From positions 2,375,739-2,439,738 of the forward strand of contig CAXIEN010000093.1 in the NCBI GenBank assembly GCA_964023285.1: DNA of 64,000 bases. Direction: 5' to 3'. The translations under genes and the position numbers were made by a program. The stretch's first letter is position 1. Every line of letters begins with the position of its first letter. Source of the DNA: Larinioides sclopetarius (taxonomy: Eukaryota). Shown piece after piece: positions 12,344-25,869 of the stretch. A model generated the notes under the pieces. That model did no database searches, was not told the origin of the DNA, and worked only from the letters and a program-made list of their open reading frames with translations.

Positions 12344-15188
12344 GTAAGTGAACTATATTTAGTTTTTTTTCCATTTTGGATACTTTTGTGATTTCATATT
12401 TTTTAGGTAAAATCAAAAATTGATGACACAATATATTTCACTATGATTACTTAATTATTTAGCAAAATTCAATAGTAATTTTTGCACTTGTTTTGGCATT
12501 TATATCATTGTGACACTAGTTGCAGAATACCTGATTCGTTAGATTCCTTTGGTTGCTATTTAAACCAACTGCACGCACACTCATTGACCTCATCGTTAAT
12601 TTGTAACAATTGTCTCCATGGTGTTTTTTGAGTTCACCGAAGAAGTAGAAATCTCATGCAGACAGGGACTTCCAAACATGTCAATAAAAATGAACAATAT
12701 TTGAATTAAAAATTTAAATGAAGTATAAAGTGACAATTGAGTAGAGCCGTAATGAAGGTGGAACATCATTACGGCCCTTCTTTCTTTAAGAAATATAAAA
12801 AAAACATTGTGAATATATCCTTAAAAGTGTGATTTATTGTTAAACAGGATAGAGCGTTTTGATACTCCTTTTAGAGTGTACTGTTACTATTTATTTTACG
12901 ACCATACAACTGCAATTGATTATGCTAATTAGTTGATAAAATTTGCATAACTGGATTTAGAAAGTTAATTATAGGAAAAAGGAAATTATATGTGCAGTCA
13001 AACCTTGGTTGAAGAGATAAAATCTTCCTTAAAGGTCTATCTGCAAGTATTTTCAAAGGTCTATCTGCAAGTATTTTCTCTATAGGAGTTGCCTCAAAAT
13101 CAGTTAATCATTTCTTGATATCCATATAATTATGTATTTATTTTTTTACAACAGTGCTCTGTGCACTGATTGTTAAAAGGAAATTAGTGAAAACCATTAA
13201 TCTATAACTAAACAGGGTAGGCTACTGAGAAAATTAAATAGTACAATCTTTAAACTTGAAGGCATTAAACCGCCTACTAGAAAAATACAACTAGAATACT
13301 AGTTCAATATGAATGTTAGAAAAAAATCATTCGGTAGCAACTTGCTGATTCACCAACCATTTTCATCAGTTTATAATCACACAGCAGTCATTTCTCCATC
13401 TGTTTTCTGTGAGTGAAGGTCTGAAGATTATACAGTATCTATTTGTGAAACGTCACAATCCACAGGAATCATCATAGATTAATCGGCGAATCAAAGAGAG
13501 AGCTGTCAACGTCAGTGAGCTAAATCAGAATTTGTAAAAAGGTAAAGATAGCAGGGTTCAAATGTTGATCTGTTTGCAATTTGATCCAGAATCGCTGAAA
13601 TACTCAAAGTTAAGAAATATATTTAAACAACGAGAAAATAATTGGCGGGAAATTCAAAATATGGGTGCAATATGCAACATTTTGCCATGCCTATATAAAA
13701 AAGATTCGTGAGAAAACTTGAAAGCGATAAAGAAATGAGATATGTTTCTAAATTTTAATTGATTCTTATTCTGATTAAGTTGTTATTAAATGTTGGAGTG
13801 ACTGGAGGCAAAGCAGGCAATTACGTGTGATCCCAAAGGATGTACATTAAGGGGAAAAAATCGCTTAATAGACAGAACACACAGCCCCATGTCCTTGTGC
13901 CTTCTACTGTCTGGTGGTCAAAATGGGTGAATGGATATGGTTCAGCTTAATAGACATATAAACTCCACAAAAATAACAAATAAATTTTGTTTCGTGCCAA
14001 TAATTGTTTTTACTGGGTTAGATTTCCCATAGTGTCTGCCTTGGATGCAATAATCAGAAGGCATGTTTGCATTGAGGAAATAACAAGCTAATAAAATATA
14101 TAAAGCTTATAATGTTAATATATACAGTTTTCAAAATGATTTTTAACTGATCATATAAAATGCTGTTTTTAAATTGCTATGCATAGACATTGAATAAAAA
14201 GACCAGTGCATTTACATTTCCCTCTCTACAACTTGAGCTGTTTTGCTCAGTAATGAATAAAAGCATTTGCTATTTCTCTCTGACTCTCTCAGCATAAATT
14301 ATGGGAAAATGAAGACTCCAGATTTTTTCCAAAAACAGTAATTCTGAGTAAATGATTACATTCACATTGTTTGATTTTTACATAATTACAGATAGTAGAT
14401 ACATAAAATATATTGTTTCTACTTTTATATATATGGATAGTTTACTTAGATGGCCTGAAATTCGTTAACAGAGGAATAGACTTCAGTGTTTGGTAAAATA
14501 ATGGGAAATGAATGTTTGGACAGAATTTATACTGCAATCTTAAAACGAAGTTATATATATTTAAAATCGATTTGTTAAATATGTTATTTCAATTTCAGTG
14601 AGGCAAATATGTATATTTAAATATATCTGAAGTTTAAAAATTCTCACCACGATATTAAGTTATATTCACAGATAGAACTTGCATATATTTGTGGGTAAAA
14701 TTTGTTTGACATTTAGAATACAGACATTAATTATACAATTAAGAAAAAAGGTGGAGGTGCCATCATATTGATGTCTTGCCCCATTAGTAGATTTACATCT
14801 GGTCGCCCCTAATTATATATGAAATGTCATTTTTGCTTACTATGTGACTCTTGATACTTTTAAAATTTACTTATTTTCTGTAATCTGTAGCAATCTTTTA
14901 AATGAAATCTTTAAAAATAACCACTGCGACAAGTCTCAGATGATATGGTTTGTCTACTTTACTATAAATAAGACATTACTTCCCCAACTATAGATCTCCT
15001 CATTTGAAATTATTGGCATATCACTATATACTTTGTATATTGTAGTACTGATTATTAACATTTAGTTTCTATTACATAATTGTTTCATTAATGTATTTAA
15101 TTGCTGACAAATGCTTGCATTTTTAAGTAACAAATATTATACAATAATATCAGTAATTAGTATAATGCATAATTTACTTTAAATATAG

Positions 15189-15349
15189 GGTGCTGTTATC
15201 AACAGTAGACAAACTCCTCTTCAGTTTTTTGAAGCATTCAAAGTCCTTGAGGATATTAAGGATGCATATTATTTAAGGCATGTTTATAGAGATAGCAGAA
15301 TAGGTGAACCACATTGGAAAAAGGCACGAAGGGACAAAATAAAGGAAAG
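15189..15349 (+). CDS. TROVE gene exon (GAVINSRQTPLQFFEAFKVLEDIKDAYYLRHVYRDSRIGEPHWKKARRDKIKE).
   Basis: The acceptor is aaatatag and the donor is AG|GTGAGT. It ends in phase 2 and joins the next exon exactly (ag+a gives R). One or more exons between 12343 and 15189 were probably not found. Confidence 0.55.
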
Positions 15350-18300
15350 GTGAGTTGAGTTTATATATATTTGCTGAAATAAGCTTTTTTATACCCTTTA
15401 TAAGTGTCTGGTAAGTATACTTACCACTATATTCATTGTTTTCTAATTTATTTTTTAAGTTTGACATGAATTCTTGGCAGCTTTTTGGATGAAACAAAAA
15501 TTGATATGTTCCATTTCATTTTCTCAAACTATAGCCAAGTTACTTGATAATTAATTAATAATCAACAAAATTAATTTTATGGAATTTTCTAAATAAATCT
15601 CAATCCAAAGCCATTTTATTATAAAAATTGATTCTTTAGAAGGTTAACAATACACTTCCATGAAAAATTAATTAAATAACATTGTATTAAAAAAACAGAT
15701 TAAATTAATTTCGAAAAACTTTGAAATAAATCCACTCTAACAAAGTTTTGATGCAAGTGTGTGTATGAATTTCTGAAGTGTATTGAAGATTTTGCACATC
15801 ACTTTTGCATAAGTGAAAAGTGACTTAAACCTATAATGAAAATTCATTCACGAGGCATTTAGGATAACGACCAGAAATTGAGGAAGTAAAAGATATAAGC
15901 TTTTTTCCATTATGGCTATAAACACAGTAAGTTGATAAAGGATTTACAATCTTTATGAATGGTTTTCCTTAATTGTTTACATGCAGTTTTGTAAAAATAT
16001 TCTGGAAAATATGAAAATTTTCTTCAAAAATCCCAAATTTTCCCATGTTTTGCAGAACGTCTTTGAAATATTAAAATTTTACGGAAATATTCCATTAAAA
16101 TTTGAAGTTAATACTAGGAATATTATAGGAAAAATGAGAATTTATAGTAAAAAACTTTTTTTCTGTGCATGTGTTAGGCATAGTGTTGTTTTTGTTTCAC
16201 ATCTTCAAAGCCTGATTGAACAGCAACTTATGAAAATTCTAGTTGAGTACCATCACGGTTTGGAAAGATATCAGCATTGCAGTTAACAGATTTTCTGCTT
16301 CTCTCTAAGTGAAACAAAACAATGAGGTTTTTCACAAATTGCCATTTTTTAAACTTGAATTAACTAAAAAACTAAACTTGAACTTAAATTCAAATAATGT
16401 ATTTTATTTATAAATATGCCTAAGTATTAAGCATATTCGATTTTTATTAAATTCTGTAAAATTATTCGAAAATTCAAATTTAAAAAATATCAATTTATTT
16501 AAAAAACTTGTTATTTTGTTTCTGACTAGGAAGAATAGAAATTCTGCTCACGGAAATGCCAATATCTGTCTAAATCTTAATGGCATTCAACTTGAATTTT
16601 TATGTAAGTTGCCCTAAATATCTAGATTTGAAGTTATTGAGTAAAAGTTTTGCTCAATCTTGCAAATGTGCAGTATAAATTACTTACTAAAAATAATCAT
16701 GTTCCCTTAAATATTCAATCATTTTCTTCAAATTTGAATACAATGATTCTCTAACAAATTGTTAAATATTCTTCAAGTTTCGCATTGTTTGATTGAAAAC
16801 TCTACATGTTATAAACAAAAACATGCAGAAAAATTTAGGATTTTTTAAGAAAACATTTATATCTCCAGAATATACTTGCTCTTTTTATGAAACTGCATTC
16901 AAATAATGTGCTTATGACACAAAGCTATTGATGAATTTACAAGTTTTTATCAACTTTCTGTGGTAAGCCAAAATTTTTCTTTTTCATCAATTTCTTTAGT
17001 CCTCTAAATGTCATGACAGAATTCATCTCTGTAAAATATGAATTAGAATTTTTCTTTATATGGTTGAAATTCAAGGACAGTTGTTCGAGCTTTTCAAAAG
17101 GAATTCTACAAGTGTCCATATTCTTTTATTATCATATACAGGGTGCGTATGGTCATGGAAAGTGCTTAAAATGGCTTAGTTTTTATTTTTATTTTAGAAA
17201 AATCGTAAAAGTGCTTACTAATTATTCAAAGTTTGTATAAAGTGTTTATTCTTTTTCGTGGTACTTAAAGACTCATTAATTTTAACAATGAGTTTATGTG
17301 CAAGAATGTCACATAACTTTAACAGTTGATTTTCCACCATCCAAATAAATAGTTTCCAATGTAAGGTATGCTGTTTATGATTTCTGGATCTGTAAAAAAA
17401 AGAAAAAATAATGAATACTAAATTTTAATGAAAATAATTTTCTTTGATATTAAAGCATAGAGTTTTTTATGTTTATTCTCATGTAGAAAACAATAAATTT
17501 TTAAACTGTGCAATTAAATATACAATTTTAATTGTGAAATGTGCTTTAAGTTGTTTTTTAATAATTATTTTATGTATGAAAGTGATTTAGCATTCTAATT
17601 TTGTACCTCAATATGTTGTTACATTTGTATTTTCAGTTTTTCTGCATTTTGAAAATATTTTTCTGTGACAAGTTAATGAGAATATATTCAGTCATAATAG
17701 CTGTAAGATATATGCTAAATTTTTCTCCCATTATTTGTGTTTGATCAGCATTAAAGGTTTGTGAGTCCTTATTTTTTACTTTAAGATGCTTATAAAGTGC
17801 TTACTTTCCCCCTACAAATTTGAGTCCGCACCTTGATATAGTGTTTGACAAGTGAAACTAATTTAAGATTTTGTAAGGAAAGATAAATCCCTGTAATATC
17901 TGATAAGTTGGTTGTTGCTGTAACTAGTGAAATTCTTTATACCAGAGCAGAGCACTTCCATTATTGAACAAGTTTTGTTCTTATTATGATTTTTTCCCCT
18001 AGTCATTTAAATGGCCACTATCTGGACTTTATTTTAAAATATAATACTTGCTTTTTTTAATACTTTTTTAAGTTGTGAATTTGGAACTTAGCAACAACTT
18101 TCTAGTTCAAACAAAGCCATAAAAAAGAAATTATATTAAAAGGTTTTTTAATAACAAATTTTGAATTATGCTTTAATTACATACTTCAGACATGATACAT
18201 TCCCATAGAACGGCTGATTTCTGCTTTTTATATATCGAATTTTTTCATTCATAATTTTAGTTTATAAAATAGTTCTACAATATTTTTAATACCTCAAGCA

Positions 18301-18611
18301 CTTTTTGTATAAATTTATTCATTTTATTGATAAATTAATTATGCATTTTTATATCTATGCATTTACGTTTGGCAAGACTCATTATATTTAACGTTCCACT
18401 TTTATTTTATTGTTCCAAGGCTGTGTGTGTCATGTCTGATACTTTTGTTTATGAATGCATTTTGTGAGCATAGCTTGTGGAAGTTGGAAAAATATTTGTC
18501 TTAAAAAAGATTCAATATTTGAACTACACAATTCTTTTTTATTGCTTTTAAAGAAATTGCAATTTTAAAAATTGTGTGAGTTAGTTGGTAATGATTGTAA
18601 ATTTTTTCTAG

Positions 18612-18774
18612 AGCCAGTGATGTTTCAATGGATCTTGTTTCTGGTTATGAAGAGGCTGTTAGTGAAGCCCTTGAAATTTCTGCTCTTCATAATTTGCAGC
18701 CTATCCCTGGAAAAAGTTTGGTAATTTGTGATATACTTTTTCCATCGTCATTAGAGAAGGGGAAAAAGACCAAG
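18612..18774 (+). CDS. TROVE gene exon at the TROVE/vWA junction (ASDVSMDLVSGYEEAVSEALEISALHNLQPIPGKSLVICDILFPSSLEKGKKTK).
   Basis: The acceptor is attttttctag and the donor is AAG|GTAAAA. The segment PGKSLVICDI corresponds to the Ro60 segment TGKRFLLAVDVSASM at the start of the vWA domain. Confidence 0.6.
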
Positions 18775-18917
18775 GTAAAAATACTTGAAATATATTCTTT
18801 TGATTTTTTGATTTTGTTTTTCTTGAGTAAAAAAAAGCAAATCAGTATGCTTAATAAAACCTGCTATTAAACCAAAAAATTACATTGCTTGCATACACCA
18901 TCTAATGATATTACAAT

Positions 18918-20057
18918 TTAACATCACAAATCCGGAGTCATGGGACTTACGCATTTCTGGATTTGAGATAATTCTGAATCTTGGAACATTTCAATATTAA
19001 GAAGGAAAGTAAACATCATAAAATTGATAATTCATTTTAAATTAAAATAAATTTATTTATGACTTGTTTTTTTCCATTTATGAACATAATATTGTTTTTA
19101 TATTAATTGAAACACTTTTACAAAACATTTAATTTAAAGTGAGTTATTTCATTAGTTTTGGTTTTTATGATTAAGTAACTTCTCTTTTTTTTATGCATTG
19201 CCATTATATCTAACTCTGAAATAAATTCTCTTTGCTCAAATTCTTTTATTGTGGTATGCAAAACTTCCACTAATCTGTCGATTGGCATTTTATCTTCTAC
19301 TTGTGTTTCTCCTACACTATAACTTCTATTGGACACCAATATTCACCAACATGCTGCATATTTTGGCATTGATGAACTGGCGCCCTGTCAGGACTTTATC
19401 GTTGAACTTAAGTACTTCAAAGGTGCAATCTTTGGCAATTTTTTGTCCTCTCTATTCAACTAATTCAAAATTTCCGCTTTTTCTTTTGGGATCAGAATTC
19501 CTTTGAAATTGTTCTTTGTTCTCATGGAATATGGTTGCCGGACATAAATTGTGCCAAGCATTTTTAATCGTCAGGGTTTGGTATCCCATTTATCAAGTAG
19601 TATATCATCTCAGATAAGAGCAGTTCAACATTTGCAAGGGCTATTTTAGAAGCTGAAGCAAGACAGAAGCTGATAAATTTCTACAATATTCCATTCGTTC
19701 TAGGCAAATCCTCTTTGTGAGCCGGAAAGGAATTTGTGTGTGCATCTTTTTTGATAATATTTCTTACATTCTGGTTCTGGGCAATTTCATTTTGAGTGCT
19801 AGAGAGGGGAAAAAGAGGAAGATTTATTGTTACTCTACTAGTCATTACAATAGACCCCTGAATACTTTCATCGGACATCATTGTACCCATGATTGAATCT
19901 TCTCTTTCCTTGGATGGTTGTGATTGGTTTTTGCTGACTCTGAGCGCCAATTTGTTAGATAAAAGTTGGGATTCTCTGGGGTAAAGGGGTCGAGGAACAA
20001 AAAAGGTCAGGATTTTGGATCATTTCAAAGTCTGGATGTCTGAATTTGTGATATTCG
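18918..20057 (+). mobile_element. Family-4, a roughly 1.14-kb dispersed element, copy 1. It lies in the TROVE gene intron.
   Basis: Collinear with 25870..27003 at roughly 75-80% identity. The termini are (t)cacaaatc... and ...gaatttgtga, read as inverted ends. It carries decayed minus-strand ORFs (19118..19339 and 19681..19950). Confidence 0.55.
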
Positions 20058-20099
20058 GCCGTATTGATTGAATGCATAGACAAGAAATTGGTTTACCTG

Positions 20100-20460
20100 T
20101 TAAATATTATTTCACTTGTGCATTACAATTTTGAAGCTGTTGATCATTGTCCTAAAAAGAATAATATAAAAATACTTAAAATATATTCTTTTGATTCTTT
20201 TAGTTTTGAAAAAATTTATGCTTTATTTTGTATTTCTTCAGCACCCCTCCAATAAAAAATCAGCAAATTAAAATGTTTATTATATCCTGCTATTAAACCA
20301 AAAAAAACCACATTTTTTGCATATACTATCTATTGATATTGTTAATTGATTGATAATAGACAAGGAGTTGGTTAAACTGTGGTTGAACCTGTTAAATAAC
20401 TTGTGTATTGCAATTTTCAAGCTATTGATCATTGTCTTTAAAAGTCTATTAAAAGGGAAA
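20100..20460 (+). repeat. Local duplicates of the 3' exon/intron junction region of the TROVE exon ending at 18774 (two partial copies).
   Basis: 20140..20330 matches 18775..18900 (aaaaatacttgaaatatattcttttgatt..cctgctattaaaccaaaaaa). 20395..20450 matches 20105..20160 (ttgcaattttcaagctattgatcattgtc). Traces of translated similarity remain (..KILKIYSFD vs ..KILEIYSFD). Confidence 0.45.
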
Positions 20461-22154
20461 GAAGTTATAGATAGCTGTTTCTTTTACTTTCTTATAAATA
20501 ATACTGAATATTATGAAAAAGAAAGTAAAAATTATTTATTTAACAAAATAAGGATTTAAATCGAGAGTTTAATACTTAAAATTTAAAAAAAAATTACCCA
20601 GCTATCTGTTTTGAGTTTTGTAGATATGAAAATACGTAAAAATGCTGACTTGAACCACTTTTCGATACCTGGATACGAGTTCACAAGCAGTTAAGCAACC
20701 AGCTTTCTCTTAACTTTGTTTAAACATATCTCTGAGACTATGATAAAATGCTGAAATGTACATGACCTTATTAGTGTATGGGGCGCATTTTATTGATTGG
20801 GAAACTTTTTGCATGGGGACCATGTAAAAATTTAGTTATGTATTTCATATCTATTTAAAATTAATTCCTTGAACATTTTAATCGATTTCATAACATTCTG
20901 TAACTTTTTAGTCCAACTTTGTAATTTATAGCATATGTCTATGATCAATGTTTAAGGAATAAATGCGGAGGTCAGTTGGTTTTTGAAACACTCTATATAT
21001 AAGTTGCTTCGTACATCTGGTTTTGAATTTATGGAAGAAAAATTACATATGTAATAAAAATTAATTAACAAGTATTTACGTTCACTCACATAATCACTAT
21101 ATTTACTTCAAGCAAACATGACATAGGCTTGGAACAGAAAAAGCGGAAATCATGAAAAACATAAATGAAATTTGTATAATTAATTGAAAAATTAAATAAA
21201 TGAACTCTTTTACAAATCATACTTGAGATATTAAAAATACAGTGGAATTATTATAAAAAAACGATAATTAAGAATGGTAAAATCTGTTACCAAAAAGCGA
21301 AAATCTGCCTTTCTGTGTTTATGTGTCATGTTTGTTCAAATAATGCAATACTTCTTTAATTATGGATGTGTTTTCTGTAAGTTTTGCATAATTTGAATGA
21401 CAATTGTACATTATAATAAAAGAAAATTCATGGAAAACTTGAGGTTTTTTAAACAAACCTTCATATATTTTCCTCTGAAATATCTATGCAATTTTTTTGA
21501 AAATATCGCTAAGCCGTGCGCATAGCAAACAATGAACGTTTCAAATCATTATCAGCTTTTTGTGAAACCCGGTCAGTGGTTCCCCTTTTGGTCTTTATTA
21601 TTTTCTGATCAATTTCCTAAATACCCTCATGACCAAATCTGCTGTGTGAAATGTGTATTTTACTTAATTACTGATTGTGACTGATGATTTAAACCATACT
21701 TTTCGTATAAATTGCAAATTTTTTCAATTTTACAAAACATCCCTTAATTTTTGCATACCAGTGTATGTTGAAAGCAGTGTATAAATCGAAGAGAATGGTA
21801 CTTAAAAAGAGAGGAAGACAACAAACGAGCTTGTGGTAATGAAGTTCGGTTTCTTTTTAGATAGACTATAATCTGAACTTCTGAATCAATTCTGTGGTAG
21901 ATTGACAGAATTACAGTAATTAAAAAGATAATTTTTTCTGTTTAAAAACTTCAGGTGTATCAAATAAAAGGCTACCTTATAGATTACATGAAGGAGAGAA
22001 AATCTTAATTGCGATTAATTCATTCAGTTATCAGTGATTTTCTAAATTAAAAGTAAAAAAAAATTTGCATTGTTAATATTACAAGCTTAATCATTTTTGC
22101 ATAAAATTAGTGAGTTATGTATGGTTGATGATTGTGTATCCATTTTTTCTCCAG

Positions 22155-22310
22155 ATTTATAATCTTTGCATCATGATGGGACTCATGTGTCTGAAAGCTT
22201 GTGAAGATTGCAAAATGAATGTGATTTGCGGCAACTATTCAAACAAATTTGAGCTTGATGAGGATGTTTCCTTTTGTCAGTCAATAAAGGATGCTTGTGC
22301 TCAGTATGAA
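22155..22310 (+). CDS. TROVE gene exon, C-terminal part of the vWA domain (IYNLCIMMGLMCLKACEDCKMNVICGNYSNKFELDEDVSFCQSIKDACAQYE).
   Basis: The acceptor is ttttttctccag and the donor is GAA|GTAAGC. The motif LCIMMGL...MNVICGNY matches the Ro60 motif LIVCGMTSNGF...MLDMCGFD, recalled from memory. The roughly 100-aa vWA core that should lie between the previous exon and this one was not found. Confidence 0.55.
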
Positions 22311-22403
22311 GTAAGCTTTTAAATGTTTTATAAGACAATATCAATTCTGAGGTAGTTTTATTTTCTTCATTTACTTATTCTGTAATTTTAAATCAGCCTT
22401 GCT

Positions 22404-22942
22404 TTTACTTTCTTCTTTCCAATACTTTCTTCTATAAGAAGAAAGTATTAGAATCGAGAAAATTTTCGACCTCCGTTTTTTGATGGATTTACATGTTTTG
22501 GGAGGTCCTGAACACGATTCCACTATTTTTAGAAAATGTTTGTCTATGTGCTGTGTGTGAAACAAATTTTGTGGGCATGCTAGCGCAAAAACTATGTGAG
22601 AGAATTTCATGAAATTTTATATTTAGTTGTATTTTAACATAAATTGGTGCTGATTAGATTTTGCTGTAGATCGCTCAACAGGTGGCGCTACTATTCCGTT
22701 TTTTCACGATTTTTTGTATCCACTCTTCAACAAAAACTAATGGGGGAAATTTCATGAAATTTCATATTTAGTTTTGTCTTGACTAAATTAATGTTCTTAA
22801 AATTTTTGTGAAGTTCGCTTGACAGGTGGCGCTGCTATTTCAATTTTTTCATAAATTTTTCAATATTTGTTTTTAGTATATCTTGGTTTTAATCATATAA
22901 TTATATAGAAGAAAGTTTTGTGATGGCCACATCATACTAGTT
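22404..22942 (+). mobile_element. Family-1 repeat, copy b (intact, about 535 bp).
   Basis: Near-identical to the family-1 consensus, from the hairpin tactttcttctataagaagaaagta to the 3' end atatagaagaaagttttgtgatggccacatcatactag. Confidence 0.75.
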
Positions 22943-23253
22943 TTATTTGTTAGTTTAGCCTTGTCTCTAACTCTTTGTTCATATTCCAAGTCTAATATTA
23001 GTCTCATCATTATCTTCATGTATTTGCTATTTTCTTTAAAAAAAATTAAACTAATTTAGTGGCTGAATTTTAAATTTAAAAGGCTAAAATGCACATTTTA
23101 TCGATTTTTATAGAAGATCTTGATATTGTTTTGTAAACCAAGTATTTTTTTAGGTAGATAGTAGTTGATAATAAATTGATTATAAATTATACAGCTCTCT
23201 TACATAGTTTTACATGTTTTTATTTGCTGAATATTCATTCTTTTTTCCTTTAG

Positions 23254-23349
23254 AATAAAAATGAGAATACAACTAGTGATAACTCTGGAAAAGCTGCAAA
23301 GAGTGTTTTAGAATATTATCTAAAACAGCATGTTATTCTAAGAGAGAAA
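23254..23349 (+). CDS. Probable further exon of the TROVE gene (NKNENTTSDNSGKAAKSVLEYYLKQHVILREK). Whether it belongs to this gene is not certain.
   Basis: A strong acceptor (ttttttcctttag) and a perfect GTAAGT donor flank a 96-nt open frame. It is phase-0 compatible with the previous exon. It extends the protein beyond where Ro60 ends. Confidence 0.4.
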
Positions 23350-25869
23350 GTAAGTGAATTAATTATCAATGGCTAAAGAAGTTCATAAATGTGATTTATG
23401 TGATAGACTTCTGATTTATCTTCTGATTATTATTTTTCTGTAAAATTTTATAAAATAGTTTTTAAAATTTAAAAAAATGAATGTTACTGTTAAGTTTTGC
23501 AACTTTTAAAATGAATTTTTAATGTTCTTTATGTACATAATATGCTTCTTTGGGCTTAGAAACCTTACTTTCCATAAAAAGAGGCATTAATTAAAAAAAT
23601 CACGAATTTATTGAATGGTGTTTACAATATAAGAAAAGAATTTTCCTGTTTAATATATTTATTCTCAAGTTTACAATCACTTTTCAATCGTTTATAAAGA
23701 GAGGAAAATTTTCCAATTTTTTTTTAGGTTCTCAAAATTACTTTTGCTTTGTATTTGCTTTTTTTCAATAAAACATCCTTGATAGAGAAAAAGTTTCATT
23801 CTGGTAAATAAAATTGCAGAGCATTTTGTTGATTTCATGTGATTGGGTATTATTTGCTTTTTTATATGGATCATTTTCTTAGAAACAAACCATCATCTGC
23901 AACTTATGGTTCGCAATACAGTTTATACAATTTGAAGCTACGACACTTATACACACAGTTTCATGAAAACTTCATAGAAAAAGATTCAAGATCTGAGGTT
24001 AATGCTGAAATGCATTAGTGAATCCAGGGGGCTACAATGAAACTGAAACCCCCCTCCTGGAATTGAACCAAAACATTTTTATTTCATTTCAAATTGCTAC
24101 AGCTGTTTGCTCTTAATCTCCTTAATAAAAAGTGACCATATGGCTTTTTTGCTTGAGAGGTTAGACTATTTTTCTTCTTGCCTAGTTATTTCAGTTTAGT
24201 TTTAGAGAAAAAAAAATTGCTAGTTATTTCAACATATTTTTCCTAAACAAAAGTATTATTCTAATTATCATGTGCATAAATTCTATAAAGTTAAAGGATT
24301 TTGGTTTAAATAAACCACACGAGTTTTAACTTTCATTCGATGTTGCAAAATTTTATGACCTCAGTCTCCTTCCCAACCCAACTCCTGGATTTACAACTGA
24401 TACACGATGAACAGAATATTGAATCTTTTTTTCTCCTCTCTGTAGAGAAAGCAAATAAAAAATTTCAAATTCTGTTAAATTGCTCTAGAGAAAATAGATT
24501 TATTTTTATGACATTTCTAAATTTAACCGGATTTTCAAAGTATTTGTTTCAATTATTTAAATTTTATTTTATTGCAATTTTTTTCCTTGCTTATTTTTGT
24601 ATTTTCTACTTTTAGCCTTAATATATTTCATTATTCTATGTAACCGAGAAAGATTTTATCAGTTTATATTTAATAATACTTCGTTTAAATGCTTGATATG
24701 ACATGTAAGGACCGATTTTATCTAAGGAAAAAGTCTTTATCTCTTCATAATTAGATTTGCCTTAATAATTTTATCTAAACATTCATGATTGTTAAATACG
24801 ACAAAGTTAATAAAGACTGGAAATCAAAATTATAATTGATACACAGTAGTTTTTATATGCTTTCAAAATGGAGCTATCTTTACAAGCCTAAAGCTGGATA
24901 TTCCCTGCTGTTCCACTTCACATTTCTTTAGAATACAGGATGTCAGACATATTCATCAATATGTAAAATGGCAAAGACTAACTGTGAATTGGAGGCAAAC
25001 CAGATTGATTTGCTAATGGAATGGATGGTCGTATAAATGAAATATGATTCTTTGAGGTGGGCGATAAATCATAAGTGTGGGGGAGGTTAAGAAGGGGTGC
25101 TTATATTTGGAAACCATTTTAAAGCACCTTAAAAGTGCTTAATTTTGCAAAAAGATGCTTAAAAAGTGCTTAGTTTTTTTTTAAAGAAATGTAAAGAAAA
25201 CATTCTTCTTTCAAAAACTCAGTTATTGAATACAAAATAGCAAAAACATAGGCATAATACTTTGTTTACCATGGGTGTAAAGAAAAGAAAACCTAGTGTA
25301 TCAAGAATAAAAACCGAAATCGAAGAGTTTTGGGAAGGAATTCAAGGTAAGATAGATCCAAAGGAATCCAGTCAATGAAAGCCCAAAATGGGGTGGGGTG
25401 TGTGGAAAAAAAAACACTCAATCATAGGGTTTTGAAAATTGATACTTTTTCTTGAAGAGCTGCTGCTGAACATACAGAAAATCTCCAATCCTGAGGGGCG
25501 GAAGCTCGTGAGGACATCTTGTGTTTTATCCTGCCTCTTTAGTTTTTCATCAATATTCAAAAACTCTTCCATTTTCAAATTTCAATTGATTTAACAAATT
25601 AAAAAGCTCGAAATTTGCTACCAATGAATGCTTCCGTTTTTCTTTTAGCTTCAATAGTTTCTGAGTAATGCATCTTAAATTTTGCACTCATCTTGGATTT
25701 GTCATCTTTTTTTAGATGTGGATTTCTTATAGGAAAATCTACCTATTGCAATAAATTGCAATGAATTGATTTCATGAAAATTTTTGTAGATCTTCATCGA
25801 TCATGACCCCGAGAACCCCTCACTGCTCTTCATTAAAAAGTTTATACTATATATATACAGATACAAGTG

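Noticed and set aside
15981-16286. 101-aa ORF in the TROVE gene intron.
   Set aside because: It has no splice signals in phase and is low complexity (repeated kiffk/nipl motifs). It is antisense-neutral and unsupported.
23880-24010. Possible terminal exon of the TROVE gene (acceptor ttttcttag, then KQTIICNLWFAIQFIQFEATTLIHTVS and a stop, with AATAAA about 110 bp downstream).
   Set aside because: It is phase-compatible, but the peptide has no similarity to anything I recognise, and a 27-codon open frame after an AG is not unusual by chance. It needs transcript data.
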